A stretch of 32,000 bases of DNA, taken from contig NC_018655.1 in the NCBI RefSeq assembly GCF_000299365.1, positions 870,001 to 902,000 of the forward strand, given 5' to 3'. The notes beneath the pieces are model-generated. The model worked only from the letters and a program-made list of their open reading frames with translations. It searched no databases and was not told where the DNA came from. Both the position numbers and the translations under genes were made by a program. The DNA comes from Candidatus Nitrosopumilus koreensis AR1. Lineage in GTDB: Archaea; Thermoproteota; Nitrososphaeria; Nitrososphaerales; Nitrosopumilaceae. Below are positions 1-8,297 of this stretch, in pieces (positions within the stretch are counted from its first letter, which is position 1; every line of letters begins with the position of its first letter).

Positions 1-527
1 ATTGCATTATGAAGATACATCAAATCAACACATTCTAAATCAAGATTTTTCAAACTACGATCTAATTGATCTGAAAGATATGTAGTAGTCATACAATGGT
101 AGCCAGATGTGATGTCTCCTTCTTTGACAACACCTTTTTGAGCATACTCTTCTTTGACATATTCCCAAAATCCAAGCTGAACATCAGCATCATTTGTGAC
201 GTATCCATTCTTTGTTGAGACAAATATCTGATCACGTGAAATCTTGTTTTCTTCAACGAGTTCTGAAATTGCTTTTCCAACAGAGCGTTCTGCTTTCTGT
301 GCACGATAATTTATTGCAGTATCTACAACATTCACTCCAGATAAAATAGACTGTTTTACTGCACTAGTCACTAATTCATCAGTTCTAGCATCAGCATCAC
401 CAAGGTAAGTCCCAATTCCAACATTTGACAGAGTAAGGTTTTGAAATTCCTTAAAATTCTCTTGATTTACACCTGAATTTTGAGCAAATTTTTTGGTTCC
501 GTCAGGAGTTGCAAATCCAGTAATCAT
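1..527 (-). CDS. Aldo/keto reductase family oxidoreductase. The 3' end runs off the window, so it is absent from the ORF track.
   Basis: I translated the minus strand from the ATG (complement of 525-527): MITGFATPDGTKKFAQNSG...NVGIGTYLGD...VVDTAINYRAQKAERSVGKAI...IFVSTKNG...VDLMYLHNA. This shows the AKR Asp/Tyr/Lys/His pattern (DTA..Y, STK, LH). The listed 89-304 ORF is an out-of-frame artefact inside this gene. Confidence 0.7.
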   Translation of the reverse strand, partial: MITGFATPDGTKKFAQNSGVNQENFKEFQNLTLSNVGIGTYLGDADARTDELVTSAVKQSILSGVNVVDTAINYRAQKAERSVGKAISELVEENKISRDQIFVSTKNGYVTNDADVQLGFWEYVKEEYAQKGVVKEGDITSGYHCMTTTYLSDQLDRSLKNLDLECVDLMYLHNA

Positions 528-558
528 ATTTTTGGTTTAATTCTAACTAAATTTATGT

Positions 559-1452
559 TTAGACCACAGAATCAAGTAAAAAACTAATAACAAACAAGAC
601 GCCTGTAATTCTACTAAACATCAAAGTAGAAGACATGAAAGGAATTAATTTTTCAACAGAATCATAGGTTTTCTTTAAACCAAATCCAGATTTTATCACC
701 AAAGGAATGCTCAAAAAACTAATCAAAGAAAGAAGAGGAAACAGATTTAGAGATACACCCACAATTATTGCAGAGCAAGATACAAAGGGAAATATCCAAA
801 ACAGTTTTGTTGCATTTTGTTTTCCAACCACTATCACCAGTGTTTTTCTGCCTTTTGATTTGTCTGCATCATGATCTGGAAACGATGCAATGAATAAAAC
901 CAACGAAGACAGAGAGCCAACAACCATTCCTGCAAGAATTGATTCGGTAGTTATTTGTCCAGATTGAATAAAAAAAGTTCCCATTATAATCATAGCCCCC
1001 TTTACTGCAACAAAAAATTCCCCTAATCCAGAATCAACAATTTTTGTAGAGTAAAAGTAGATAGACAGTATTGCAAATCCCAGAATAATTGCAATGATTA
1101 TTCCATCAGTAATTACAAAATATGCCCCAATTGCAGAGCCAATTAATAGAAATGCAATTCCAGCGCGATATACACTAGATGGTTTTAGTAATCCTTCTGG
1201 AAGAACACCAGTTCCACCACTCATCTTTGTTTTTGGAGTCTTTGCATCTATTCCACGTTTAAAATCCCAAAAATCATTTAGTAAATCAACACTCGCATGA
1301 AGTGCCAAAACTCCTGCAAAAGTCAAAAATGCATCAAATACATCAATAGTTGAATTTTGCCACCAATTCAAAGCAAGACCTACAGAGACTGCAATTATAG
1401 ATGCAAACAAAAAACGAATTCGAATGACTCTAAACCATACAGTGAGCATCAA
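559..1452 (-). CDS. UbiA-superfamily polyprenyltransferase, MenA-like
   Basis: The 297-aa protein is polytopic and hydrophobic throughout. It has the first Asp-rich motif LLNDFWDFKRGID (N-D-x-x-D-x-x-x-G-x-D, the form typical of MenA-type DHNA prenyltransferases) and a second acidic patch FPDHDADK. Assigning it specifically to MenA is inference. Confidence 0.75.
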   Translation of the reverse strand: MMLTVWFRVIRIRFLFASIIAVSVGLALNWWQNSTIDVFDAFLTFAGVLALHASVDLLNDFWDFKRGIDAKTPKTKMSGGTGVLPEGLLKPSSVYRAGIAFLLIGSAIGAYFVITDGIIIAIILGFAILSIYFYSTKIVDSGLGEFFVAVKGAMIIMGTFFIQSGQITTESILAGMVVGSLSSLVLFIASFPDHDADKSKGRKTLVIVVGKQNATKLFWIFPFVSCSAIIVGVSLNLFPLLSLISFLSIPLVIKSGFGLKKTYDSVEKLIPFMSSTLMFSRITGVLFVISFLLDSVV

Positions 1453-1535
1453 GAATAATATAATTTTTTTAGTATAATATTCATGAGTTTTGTATTAAAG
1501 CCAGTATTTATTAAAAAAATCAATCAAACCCAATC

Positions 1536-1739
1536 ATGATAATTGGCAGAGTTTTAGACAATGAGAAGAGAGTGAAATTTGACACAGATGTTTTCTGCAC
1601 AGATTGTGGAAAAAAGGTGCCAGGAGGACTTCAGACAGGAGAATCATACTATCAAACTCAAGAATTTCTAGTAGAATTAGAGAATTTTAAAAAAAACTAT
1701 CTGTGTGGGGTTTGCCGAGATAAAAAAAGAAGAAATTAG
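1536..1739 (+). CDS. Small zinc-ribbon protein (hypothetical)
   Basis: The 67-aa ORF has two CxxC pairs (CTDCGKK ... CGVCRDKKRRN) and a basic tail. It is convergent with the 911-aa gene and overlaps its stop by 4 nt. No family was recognised. Confidence 0.4.
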   Translation: MIIGRVLDNEKRVKFDTDVFCTDCGKKVPGGLQTGESYYQTQEFLVELENFKKNYLCGVCRDKKRRN

Positions 1740-4471
1740 AGTTCTTCCTCTTCTTCCCATTCTTCTTCAATATTGGTTTTTGATTTCTTTAAGAACATAA
1801 AGACAACAACACCAACCATAAGAATTCCTGCAATTACAATGTAAATTATCCATTCAGGTAATTCCAAATCAATTGCATCAAATGTTTTTTGAGGAGCGTC
1901 AACGTTTACAGTGAATGAATCCTGGCCTTCAGCATACCCTTCAGCAGTTGCAATTATGTCAAATGAGATCGATGGACCTTCAAATGCAGTCAAACTCACA
2001 ATGGCACTACCATCGGAACTTGTTCTAACAACATCAGGATTAAACAGGACATTATCTTCAGTGATAATTTTTATTAATGCATTTGGAACAGATTGGTCAT
2101 TTTCATCATCTACAAATAATCTAAATTCTATTGACTCGTCAACTTTAACTTCACTTGCAAGCCCACCACTAGAGATCATCAACTGGGTTTGAGAAGATGC
2201 AGTGTCAATTTCATATGAAGTACCACTAACACCCTTTGCACTTGCATGAATTACAGAATTTCCAATAGAACCAGTAGTCTTAATAGGAAATGAGATGTAA
2301 GAGGATCCTGCGGGAATTACTGCATCATCAATCACCTGAATAACAGAATCATGAGAGGATGTGATTTTTGATTTAACATCAAACTTTGGAATTACAGGAT
2401 TTCCTTGTAAATCAACTAATTGAACAATTCCAATATTATTTTCATGTTCCGCATTAATTTTATCAGTTGGGAAAAATATTTGTAATTTTGAAGTAGGCCA
2501 AGTGACAAATGTTTTGCTCGACTTTAATTCAGATTTTGTTTTTTCGCCAATTGGCTCAACGCTAAGGGTAACAGTGGTTTCATCTTCAGAAACATCAAAT
2601 GTATCGCTTCTTAATTTAGTAAATGCAAATGTTTCATCTTTAGGAATTTCTATTAATCCATTAGTAGGAGTAATCAAGTATTTCCCAGCATCTTTCATAA
2701 CTTTTGGGCGCTCATTTCCATCCATTGCGATTAAAAATACATCAAAATACCCATCCCTATCAAAGATTAAGCTGTTGTCTCCAGTAGGGGAAAATATTCT
2801 GACCTTCTTTTGCTCCAATGTGTTTATGACTTCAGTAGTAAATGAACCTGTACCAACACCATTAATTGAGGCAGATATTGTCAGAGGACCTGTTTTTTGC
2901 CCAGTTGATATTTTGGCAGTACCAAAAGAATAACTACTTGGAACTTTACCGCCATCAACGATTTTCCCTATTTCATCATCACTTGATATCACATTGATTT
3001 TTTGGACATATCCGTCACTGTACAAACTTTCACCAGATTGTGCAGGATACAATTCACCGTCTCCAAGACAATCAATAGAATACAAAAGCATGTTTTCAGA
3101 ATCAAGTTCAGTGTTGTGAGTGATTTCAGAATCTGAGTCATTATTCAAATTGGATTCATTAGATTGTGTCTTACATTCTGGATGAATTTCAATTTCAGTA
3201 CCATCAGATCTTATACCATCGTCGTCTCCATCATCTTCAATTAATGAGAATTGATAAGTGAAATACGCTGTAGCATTACTTGGAATTTTATCCAATCCAA
3301 AAACAGAAACAGATTTTTCATAATTCTTTGTGTCAAACCCAAAGTTAGAAGACGTTAAACTTTTTTTAGTATTTTTTTCTAACACAATAGATTCACCAAC
3401 CGTTCTAAACGTATCAATTGCAGTTCCATATCCTTCTGCATTAACACCAATTAGTATATCATTCACAAGAAGGTTTTGCAAACTAAATTTCTCTCGTAGT
3501 AAAAAGCCAAATTCGCCTTTCTTAATTACAGGTTTTTCAGATTTTACAAAATCATCTAATTTCTCACCAATTGGGTATTGTTCACTAGAGAAAAAAGTCA
3601 AAGGGATGTCATGTGGTGTTTTTGTAGGATTTCCGTCAGAATCCACAACAGTTACAAAAACATCCAGTTTTCTGTCAATTTCAGCAGGAATCATTTTTGG
3701 ATATATTGATAATTGTAATGCAGTAGGCAAAGTAGAAGAGATTTTGATGCTTTTTGCCACATCAAGGCCAGTTTCATCATTAATTGCTCTCAAGAATGTG
3801 TTTCCTGTTTTTTCATGTGCATATACAACACCCCAAGCATAATAATCACCTCTGTTTATAGTTAAGATGTCGTTTTCAGGAGTAGCCAAGGATGTTTCGT
3901 ATTCCAATTTTATCAAGATATCATCAGGAGCTCGAACTACATTCCCATCAGAAGTTTTAAGAAATACAGAAAAAGGCATTTTGGAATTTACATGCATTTC
4001 ATTTGTGGGCAAATGTAATTCCAAAATTAAGTCGTCGGGAAGATAAGATTCATCAGTTCCTATTTCTATTTTTTGGAAAGTTGTTTTGCCATTAAGTGTT
4101 GCAGTTATTGTTGTTTGGCCAGACTTGTCACTTGTGGTTATCGGGAATGATACAAATTCTTTATTAGCCTCCAAAATTATTCTAGGAGGAACACTTGCAA
4201 TAGAAGGATCATCAGAGCTCAAGCTGACTGATACGTCATTAGATGATGTAATTGGAACACCTTGTTTACTTAGAACATAAAAATATCCCACATTATGTGT
4301 TGCAAATCCTGTTTCTAGATGAGATGGGGATATTGCAAGTTTAATGGAGTAATCAGACAATACATCTAGGTTTTGGGCAAAGATGTATTGAGGCATTCCT
4401 CCAAACAGTAGTGATATCATAAGTAAGAAAATCAGGGGTTTTTTTGTTTTCATTTTTTCACCATTTATCAT
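1736..4471 (-). CDS. Large secreted, membrane-anchored surface protein with repeated Ig-like (Big-type) beta domains
   Basis: It has an N-terminal Sec-type signal (MKTKKPLIFLLMISLLFGGMPQYIFAQ), so the true start may be the second ATG at 4453. The strand motif D-x-x-G-N-P-V/T recurs (VVDSDGNPT, LVDLQGNPV, TSDGNVV, AMDGNERP). Repeated blocks end in I-T/S/H-A-T/S-x-N/K-G (TTITATLNG, LTISASING, SVIHASAKG). The C-terminus reads LPEW, then a TM helix (IIYIVIAGILMVGVVVFMF), then KKSK, then the acidic tail EEEWEEEEEL. Confidence 0.8.
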   Translation of the reverse strand: MINGEKMKTKKPLIFLLMISLLFGGMPQYIFAQNLDVLSDYSIKLAISPSHLETGFATHNVGYFYVLSKQGVPITSSNDVSVSLSSDDPSIASVPPRIILEANKEFVSFPITTSDKSGQTTITATLNGKTTFQKIEIGTDESYLPDDLILELHLPTNEMHVNSKMPFSVFLKTSDGNVVRAPDDILIKLEYETSLATPENDILTINRGDYYAWGVVYAHEKTGNTFLRAINDETGLDVAKSIKISSTLPTALQLSIYPKMIPAEIDRKLDVFVTVVDSDGNPTKTPHDIPLTFFSSEQYPIGEKLDDFVKSEKPVIKKGEFGFLLREKFSLQNLLVNDILIGVNAEGYGTAIDTFRTVGESIVLEKNTKKSLTSSNFGFDTKNYEKSVSVFGLDKIPSNATAYFTYQFSLIEDDGDDDGIRSDGTEIEIHPECKTQSNESNLNNDSDSEITHNTELDSENMLLYSIDCLGDGELYPAQSGESLYSDGYVQKINVISSDDEIGKIVDGGKVPSSYSFGTAKISTGQKTGPLTISASINGVGTGSFTTEVINTLEQKKVRIFSPTGDNSLIFDRDGYFDVFLIAMDGNERPKVMKDAGKYLITPTNGLIEIPKDETFAFTKLRSDTFDVSEDETTVTLSVEPIGEKTKSELKSSKTFVTWPTSKLQIFFPTDKINAEHENNIGIVQLVDLQGNPVIPKFDVKSKITSSHDSVIQVIDDAVIPAGSSYISFPIKTTGSIGNSVIHASAKGVSGTSYEIDTASSQTQLMISSGGLASEVKVDESIEFRLFVDDENDQSVPNALIKIITEDNVLFNPDVVRTSSDGSAIVSLTAFEGPSISFDIIATAEGYAEGQDSFTVNVDAPQKTFDAIDLELPEWIIYIVIAGILMVGVVVFMFLKKSKTNIEEEWEEEEEL

Positions 4472-4513
4472 TCACTCCATTTATTTTTCATAAAAAGGAA
4501 AAAAGGGAGGGAG

Positions 4514-5104
4514 TTATCCCGTTTGTTGGCCTGCGATTACAGTTCCAACAAAGACCGCGCCGTTAGCAGTTGTTAATTTTACCTGAGTATCTCTACCTTC
4601 TCGGATGTTTTCATCCAGAGTGAGCAGTAGTGTTACTTGTTGTCCAGGTTGAATTTCTGCTGCAGTGGTTGCCAAGATGGTATCAGGTCCTCTTGTAAGA
4701 ACTCTGAATTCACCATTACCAGGAGTACTACTAGTGGTGTAGTCATAAACAGTTCCACCAACTCTTACCTCACTGAGAGTAAGTTTGCCTACACTGTTGC
4801 TTTGAACATACACACCAAGTTCTTCACCTGCGAGAAGACCATTACCGGCAGTATTGTTTGCTGCAGTAAATGTAGTTCCATCATGATTTAACAGATTATT
4901 ACCATCTGATGCATCATAACCAGAGAATTTTAGAGATTCAATGTTTGGAGAACCACTAATTTGAGCAGAACTAAAAAATCCTTGTGAGAACACAAAGACA
5001 ATACTTCCACCAACGACTGCTATTGCTACTAGAAGAAGCGTTGCAATTACTGGGGCAACTGCTTTTCTTGAAGTCAATTTGTTTTTTGACATTAGTCGTG
5101 TCAT
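4514..5104 (-). CDS. Archaeal type IV pilin (class III signal peptide), probable major pilin
   Basis: The N-terminus MTRLMSKNKLTSRKA|VAPVIATLLLVAIAVVGGSIVFVF is a textbook archaeal prepilin signal: basic residues, a small residue, then a hydrophobic helix. The body is Gly/Thr/Ser/Val-rich. The second ATG (5092) is better spaced from the upstream TATA-like box. Confidence 0.85.
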   Translation of the reverse strand: MTRLMSKNKLTSRKAVAPVIATLLLVAIAVVGGSIVFVFSQGFFSSAQISGSPNIESLKFSGYDASDGNNLLNHDGTTFTAANNTAGNGLLAGEELGVYVQSNSVGKLTLSEVRVGGTVYDYTTSSTPGNGEFRVLTRGPDTILATTAAEIQPGQQVTLLLTLDENIREGRDTQVKLTTANGAVFVGTVIAGQQTG

Positions 5105-5108
5105 TTCT

Positions 5109-5122
5109 AAATTTTTTAAAAC
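5109..5122 (-). promoter_or_regulatory. TATA-like box upstream of the pilin gene
   Basis: The minus strand reads GTTTTAAAAAATTT. It is centred about 23-24 nt upstream of the second in-frame ATG (5092), which fits a leaderless archaeal transcript. It is only about 11 nt from the first ATG (5104). Confidence 0.4.
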
Positions 5123-5225
5123 TAGAAAAGATGTTAAAGGAATTTGTGTTCAAAGTGGACTACAATTAACTGGTTTGTACATGTGTTTTATGAAATGAAC
5201 AAAAAATAATCAGAAAAAACAAGAA

Positions 5226-6950
5226 TTATGGGCAACCACTAGTAGGACATACCTGTAAAACAGTTTCAGCTATAGGGCCAACTGCAAATACGCCACTTGT
5301 GCTATCACCAGTTGCAATACCGTTTGCAAGAATAGACATAACATACATTTTTGCTTTAGGAACAGAAGGAGCTTGTGCTGTAAATTGAATAGTTTTCGCT
5401 TCAGTATGATCATCTATAGAAGAAATTAAAGTTCCAACTATCTGTGTAGAACCATCAGGATATGTGACGGGGGGAGATAAATTAAAACCGTTGTGACTGA
5501 CAACAGAACCGAAAGCCCATTCTTTTGGAATATTTATTATCAAAGATGTACCGCTACTAATGCCATATACATCATCACTGCTCATATCCGCAAGAGTTGC
5601 ATTGAATGTAACAGTACTGCCTTCCACAATTCCAGTTAACTCACTCATCACATCAGAAGAAGCAACTGATTCAGGGGTTCTTGCAAGAAAAACATTAGGC
5701 AATGCAACTTCATTTGTGTGCATAGTAGTACCATAACCTGATTTTCCGTATTGGCCAAGAGTGGTAAACACAACAGGTTGTACAAGAATATTTTGTGCAT
5801 CATCAGTTGTTCCAGCCATATTTCCACTGCCAACACCTACAAGAAATGGAAAAACGGATCGAGGAGCAACCTCAACAGGAGAAACTAAATCGCGCCACAT
5901 CAACTGATTGCTTTCAGGACAAGACCAATTATCAGGAGTGGGAGATATGGTTACAGGTCTTTCAGGATTTGCACCAGGAATATCTTCGCAGTTTTTAACA
6001 AAAACATCATCCTGAGAATTTGCTCTAGGTACAAATGCCATCACTACAACTTTGTTTACAAACATGGGTTGATCAGTAGGGTTTGCAACATTTACGCCCC
6101 AAATTGGCCTATCAGAAACATCACTGTTTTCATCCCCAACAGCGTTAGGCATTAACATGAATATCTGAGGTTTTCCAAATAGTTCATTTGAAATGACTAC
6201 TTCACCTCCGCCTCCGCCTTCACCTGCTTCACGTAAAAGAATCGTATCAGACGCAACATTACTTGACACGTCATCGACATCTTCAAAATCTCCTTGCGCT
6301 ATAGCTGAAAAAACCAAATCATCGCCACTAACTCCATCAACTTGATAATCCCAAGAAAACATCACAGATTCTGCAGGTTCCAAATTTACAGAAGTGGGAG
6401 TATGTGAGGGGGATGGTGAAATAAGAAAACCAGAGCCAGTTACAGATTGCATTACAGGATGGACATTCTTAATTTCAGCACTGCCAGTATTAGTGACAAC
6501 CATTGCAATAGTAACATTTTTGCCTAAAACTACATCAGGGGGGTCTGTTATTAATTCAGCACGTAAATCACCAATGGAAGCACCAACTCCAACAACTAGT
6601 TCATCAATATCCATGGTTCCATACGATGAAATTATTTTGATATCATATGTATCAGGAACCATGTAAAGCGTTTGTGATGAAATTACATTATTGGTAAAAC
6701 CAGATGGTACAAATGCATCATCATAATTTATGTCAAATCGAGTCACAGGTTGATTGGGGAGGGTTTTATTGACAATCCACATGCTTGAAATCTCAACTGG
6801 GTTTTGGCCTTGATTTTTGACATTCATACTTAGAATGTTATTTTCATCAACAGATGCAAAAAACTGCAAATTGTTCTTGTTGTTTTTTAATTTCAATGTC
6901 AGAAACAATTCTTTGAGTAGAAACAATATCAGTTTGAGCATCAAGTGCAA
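5226..6950 (-). CDS. Large extracellular pilin-associated protein body (CARDB/DUF11-like beta-sandwich segments). Probably the 3' part of a frameshifted gene.
   Basis: The 574-aa ORF has segments such as GKNVTIAMVVTNTGSAEIKNV (an adhesion-domain-like strand pattern), an acidic/Gly tract (GEGGGGGE), and a C-terminal CPTSGCP. Its first ~31 codons (MHLMLKLILFLLKELFLTLKLKNNKNN) look like an off-frame read-through of the upstream ORF, not a real N-terminus. Confidence 0.7.
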   Translation of the reverse strand: MHLMLKLILFLLKELFLTLKLKNNKNNLQFFASVDENNILSMNVKNQGQNPVEISSMWIVNKTLPNQPVTRFDINYDDAFVPSGFTNNVISSQTLYMVPDTYDIKIISSYGTMDIDELVVGVGASIGDLRAELITDPPDVVLGKNVTIAMVVTNTGSAEIKNVHPVMQSVTGSGFLISPSPSHTPTSVNLEPAESVMFSWDYQVDGVSGDDLVFSAIAQGDFEDVDDVSSNVASDTILLREAGEGGGGGEVVISNELFGKPQIFMLMPNAVGDENSDVSDRPIWGVNVANPTDQPMFVNKVVVMAFVPRANSQDDVFVKNCEDIPGANPERPVTISPTPDNWSCPESNQLMWRDLVSPVEVAPRSVFPFLVGVGSGNMAGTTDDAQNILVQPVVFTTLGQYGKSGYGTTMHTNEVALPNVFLARTPESVASSDVMSELTGIVEGSTVTFNATLADMSSDDVYGISSGTSLIINIPKEWAFGSVVSHNGFNLSPPVTYPDGSTQIVGTLISSIDDHTEAKTIQFTAQAPSVPKAKMYVMSILANGIATGDSTSGVFAVGPIAETVLQVCPTSGCP

Positions 6951-7059
6951 GACTCAACACAGAAAATCCGGCAATCATCAAGACAGTAAAAAATAACGCT
7001 CCGACTACAGAAGATAGTCCACGCCTGTTTTGAGGCAAAAATTCAAAGGTTCTACTCAT
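6847..7059 (-). CDS. Pilin-like N-terminal fragment (class III signal peptide). Probably the 5' part of the frameshifted gene 5226-7059.
   Basis: MSRTFEFLPQNRRG|LSSVVGALFFTVLMIAGFSVLSL is a prepilin-type signal. The ORF ends 3 codons after a T6 run and overlaps the 574-aa ORF by about 100 nt in another frame. Its start overlaps the upstream gene's stop (ATGA). Confidence 0.65.
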   Translation of the reverse strand: MSRTFEFLPQNRRGLSSVVGALFFTVLMIAGFSVLSLALDAQTDIVSTQRIVSDIEIKKQQEQFAVFCIC

Positions 7060-7766
7060 CGTGCATCACCACTCTCAATAAAGAACTCTATTGGCTGTAT
7101 GGCCCCCACATTGAGAAATATGTGAATTCCCTTGTTTAGCGTAATATCTGCATCATCAGAGCCTAGTTTGATAAGTAAGTTAACAATCTGTCCGTTTTGG
7201 ATTTGTATATCATCATTCTGAATTAATGGGTTTTGTGAAATAGGGACAATAGAAAACATCCCATCAGAAGGATATTTTCCTCCAATCAAATCATTTTGAG
7301 ATGCATCCAGAGATATACCAGATGTTGAAGAATCCCAAGAATGAACTACACCATTAATTGAGATATCTTGTAAAAATATAGGATTAATACCATTATTTTG
7401 AACTTGCAGTACAATGAATTCTGTTCCACCATTTTCAGGAATTGCATTAGAGAATGAACTACACGTAACTCCACACAAAAAGGAATTAACTATGTTTTCA
7501 TTGTCAACATCATTCATCATTAACAAAGATGCAGAATCTCGCGTATCATATGCTAATAATAATAAATTCAACGAGGAAGAATCCGATGTAGATACACTGC
7601 CAAGATTACCAGAAACAAACCCATCATTAACAAAATATGTCAAGGTTGTAGCACCAGTTACCGTTACTGCCATTAATAACATTGTACTAATAACATCAGT
7701 TACTCCACGTCTTTTCTTCAGACGAGTGTTATTTTTTGGAAAAGTACCTTGGAAAATCATTTTCAT
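7056..7766 (-). CDS. Pilin-like protein (class III signal peptide), minor pilin candidate
   Basis: The N-terminus reads ...LKKRRG|VTDVISTMLLMAVTVTGATTLTYFV, followed by a soluble beta-rich domain. The start abuts the upstream stop (TAGATG) and the stop overlaps the next start (ATGA). Confidence 0.8.
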   Translation of the reverse strand: MKMIFQGTFPKNNTRLKKRRGVTDVISTMLLMAVTVTGATTLTYFVNDGFVSGNLGSVSTSDSSSLNLLLLAYDTRDSASLLMMNDVDNENIVNSFLCGVTCSSFSNAIPENGGTEFIVLQVQNNGINPIFLQDISINGVVHSWDSSTSGISLDASQNDLIGGKYPSDGMFSIVPISQNPLIQNDDIQIQNGQIVNLLIKLGSDDADITLNKGIHIFLNVGAIQPIEFFIESGDAR

Positions 7767-8297
7767 CTAAGTGTTAAACGGACTAGCAACAGTAGTAAAG
7801 AAATTTCCTCTAGCAGTGGTCAGAGATATTTTATATTCTGAATTCAAATAATTGGCATCATTCCATACTGCCGAAATTGGGGTCAATTGGATTTCGGAAT
7901 CATCATCAGTATCTAACATGATTTTTTGGTTTTCTTTGGCAAAAATGATTTGATTAACTTCAACCCAGTTTGCAATTATTTCTTGATTATCAATCTTCAA
8001 AATGGTGATAGTAGATATGGTAGATTCAACAGTTCCAATATTTGCCAAATCTATGGAGATATCATCAGTATTAGGTTCAAATCGTACATGCTCAAAAACA
8101 ATATCTTCCCTATGAATTTGGTTTTTTGATTTTTCATGAAATGAAAGATCATATGTAAATGCACTAATTCCACTCATACCATTAAACAGAATAACAGAAC
8201 CGACAGATGTGACTATTCCTAAAATCACAAGACTCCCCATTACTTGGCTTACTGCACGTCTATTTTTTAGAGATAATTTTTCTGAAACACAATTCAT
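7767..8297 (-). CDS. Pilin-like protein (class III signal peptide), minor pilin candidate
   Basis: The N-terminus reads ...LKNRRA|VSQVMGSLVILGIVTSVGSVILF. The downstream pattern IVFEHVRFEPNTDDISIDLANIGTVESTIS is typical of archaeal pilin/archaellin-accessory beta domains. There is an ATGA overlap with the upstream 384-aa gene. Confidence 0.8.
   Translation of the reverse strand: MNCVSEKLSLKNRRAVSQVMGSLVILGIVTSVGSVILFNGMSGISAFTYDLSFHEKSKNQIHREDIVFEHVRFEPNTDDISIDLANIGTVESTISTITILKIDNQEIIANWVEVNQIIFAKENQKIMLDTDDDSEIQLTPISAVWNDANYLNSEYKISLTTARGNFFTTVASPFNT

Noticed and set aside
89-304. Track ORF of 71 aa on the minus strand.
   Set aside because: It is out of frame within the aldo/keto reductase gene, which I could translate continuously from 527 to the window edge.
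1911-4280. Several long plus-strand ORFs (93, 143, 170 and 64 aa) lie antisense to the 911-aa gene. A 170-aa stop-free stretch is striking in an AT-rich genome.
   Set aside because: Their translations are Ser/Phe/Leu-rich with no motifs, starts or promoters. They sit entirely inside a gene that has strong protein-like features. I treated them as shadow ORFs.
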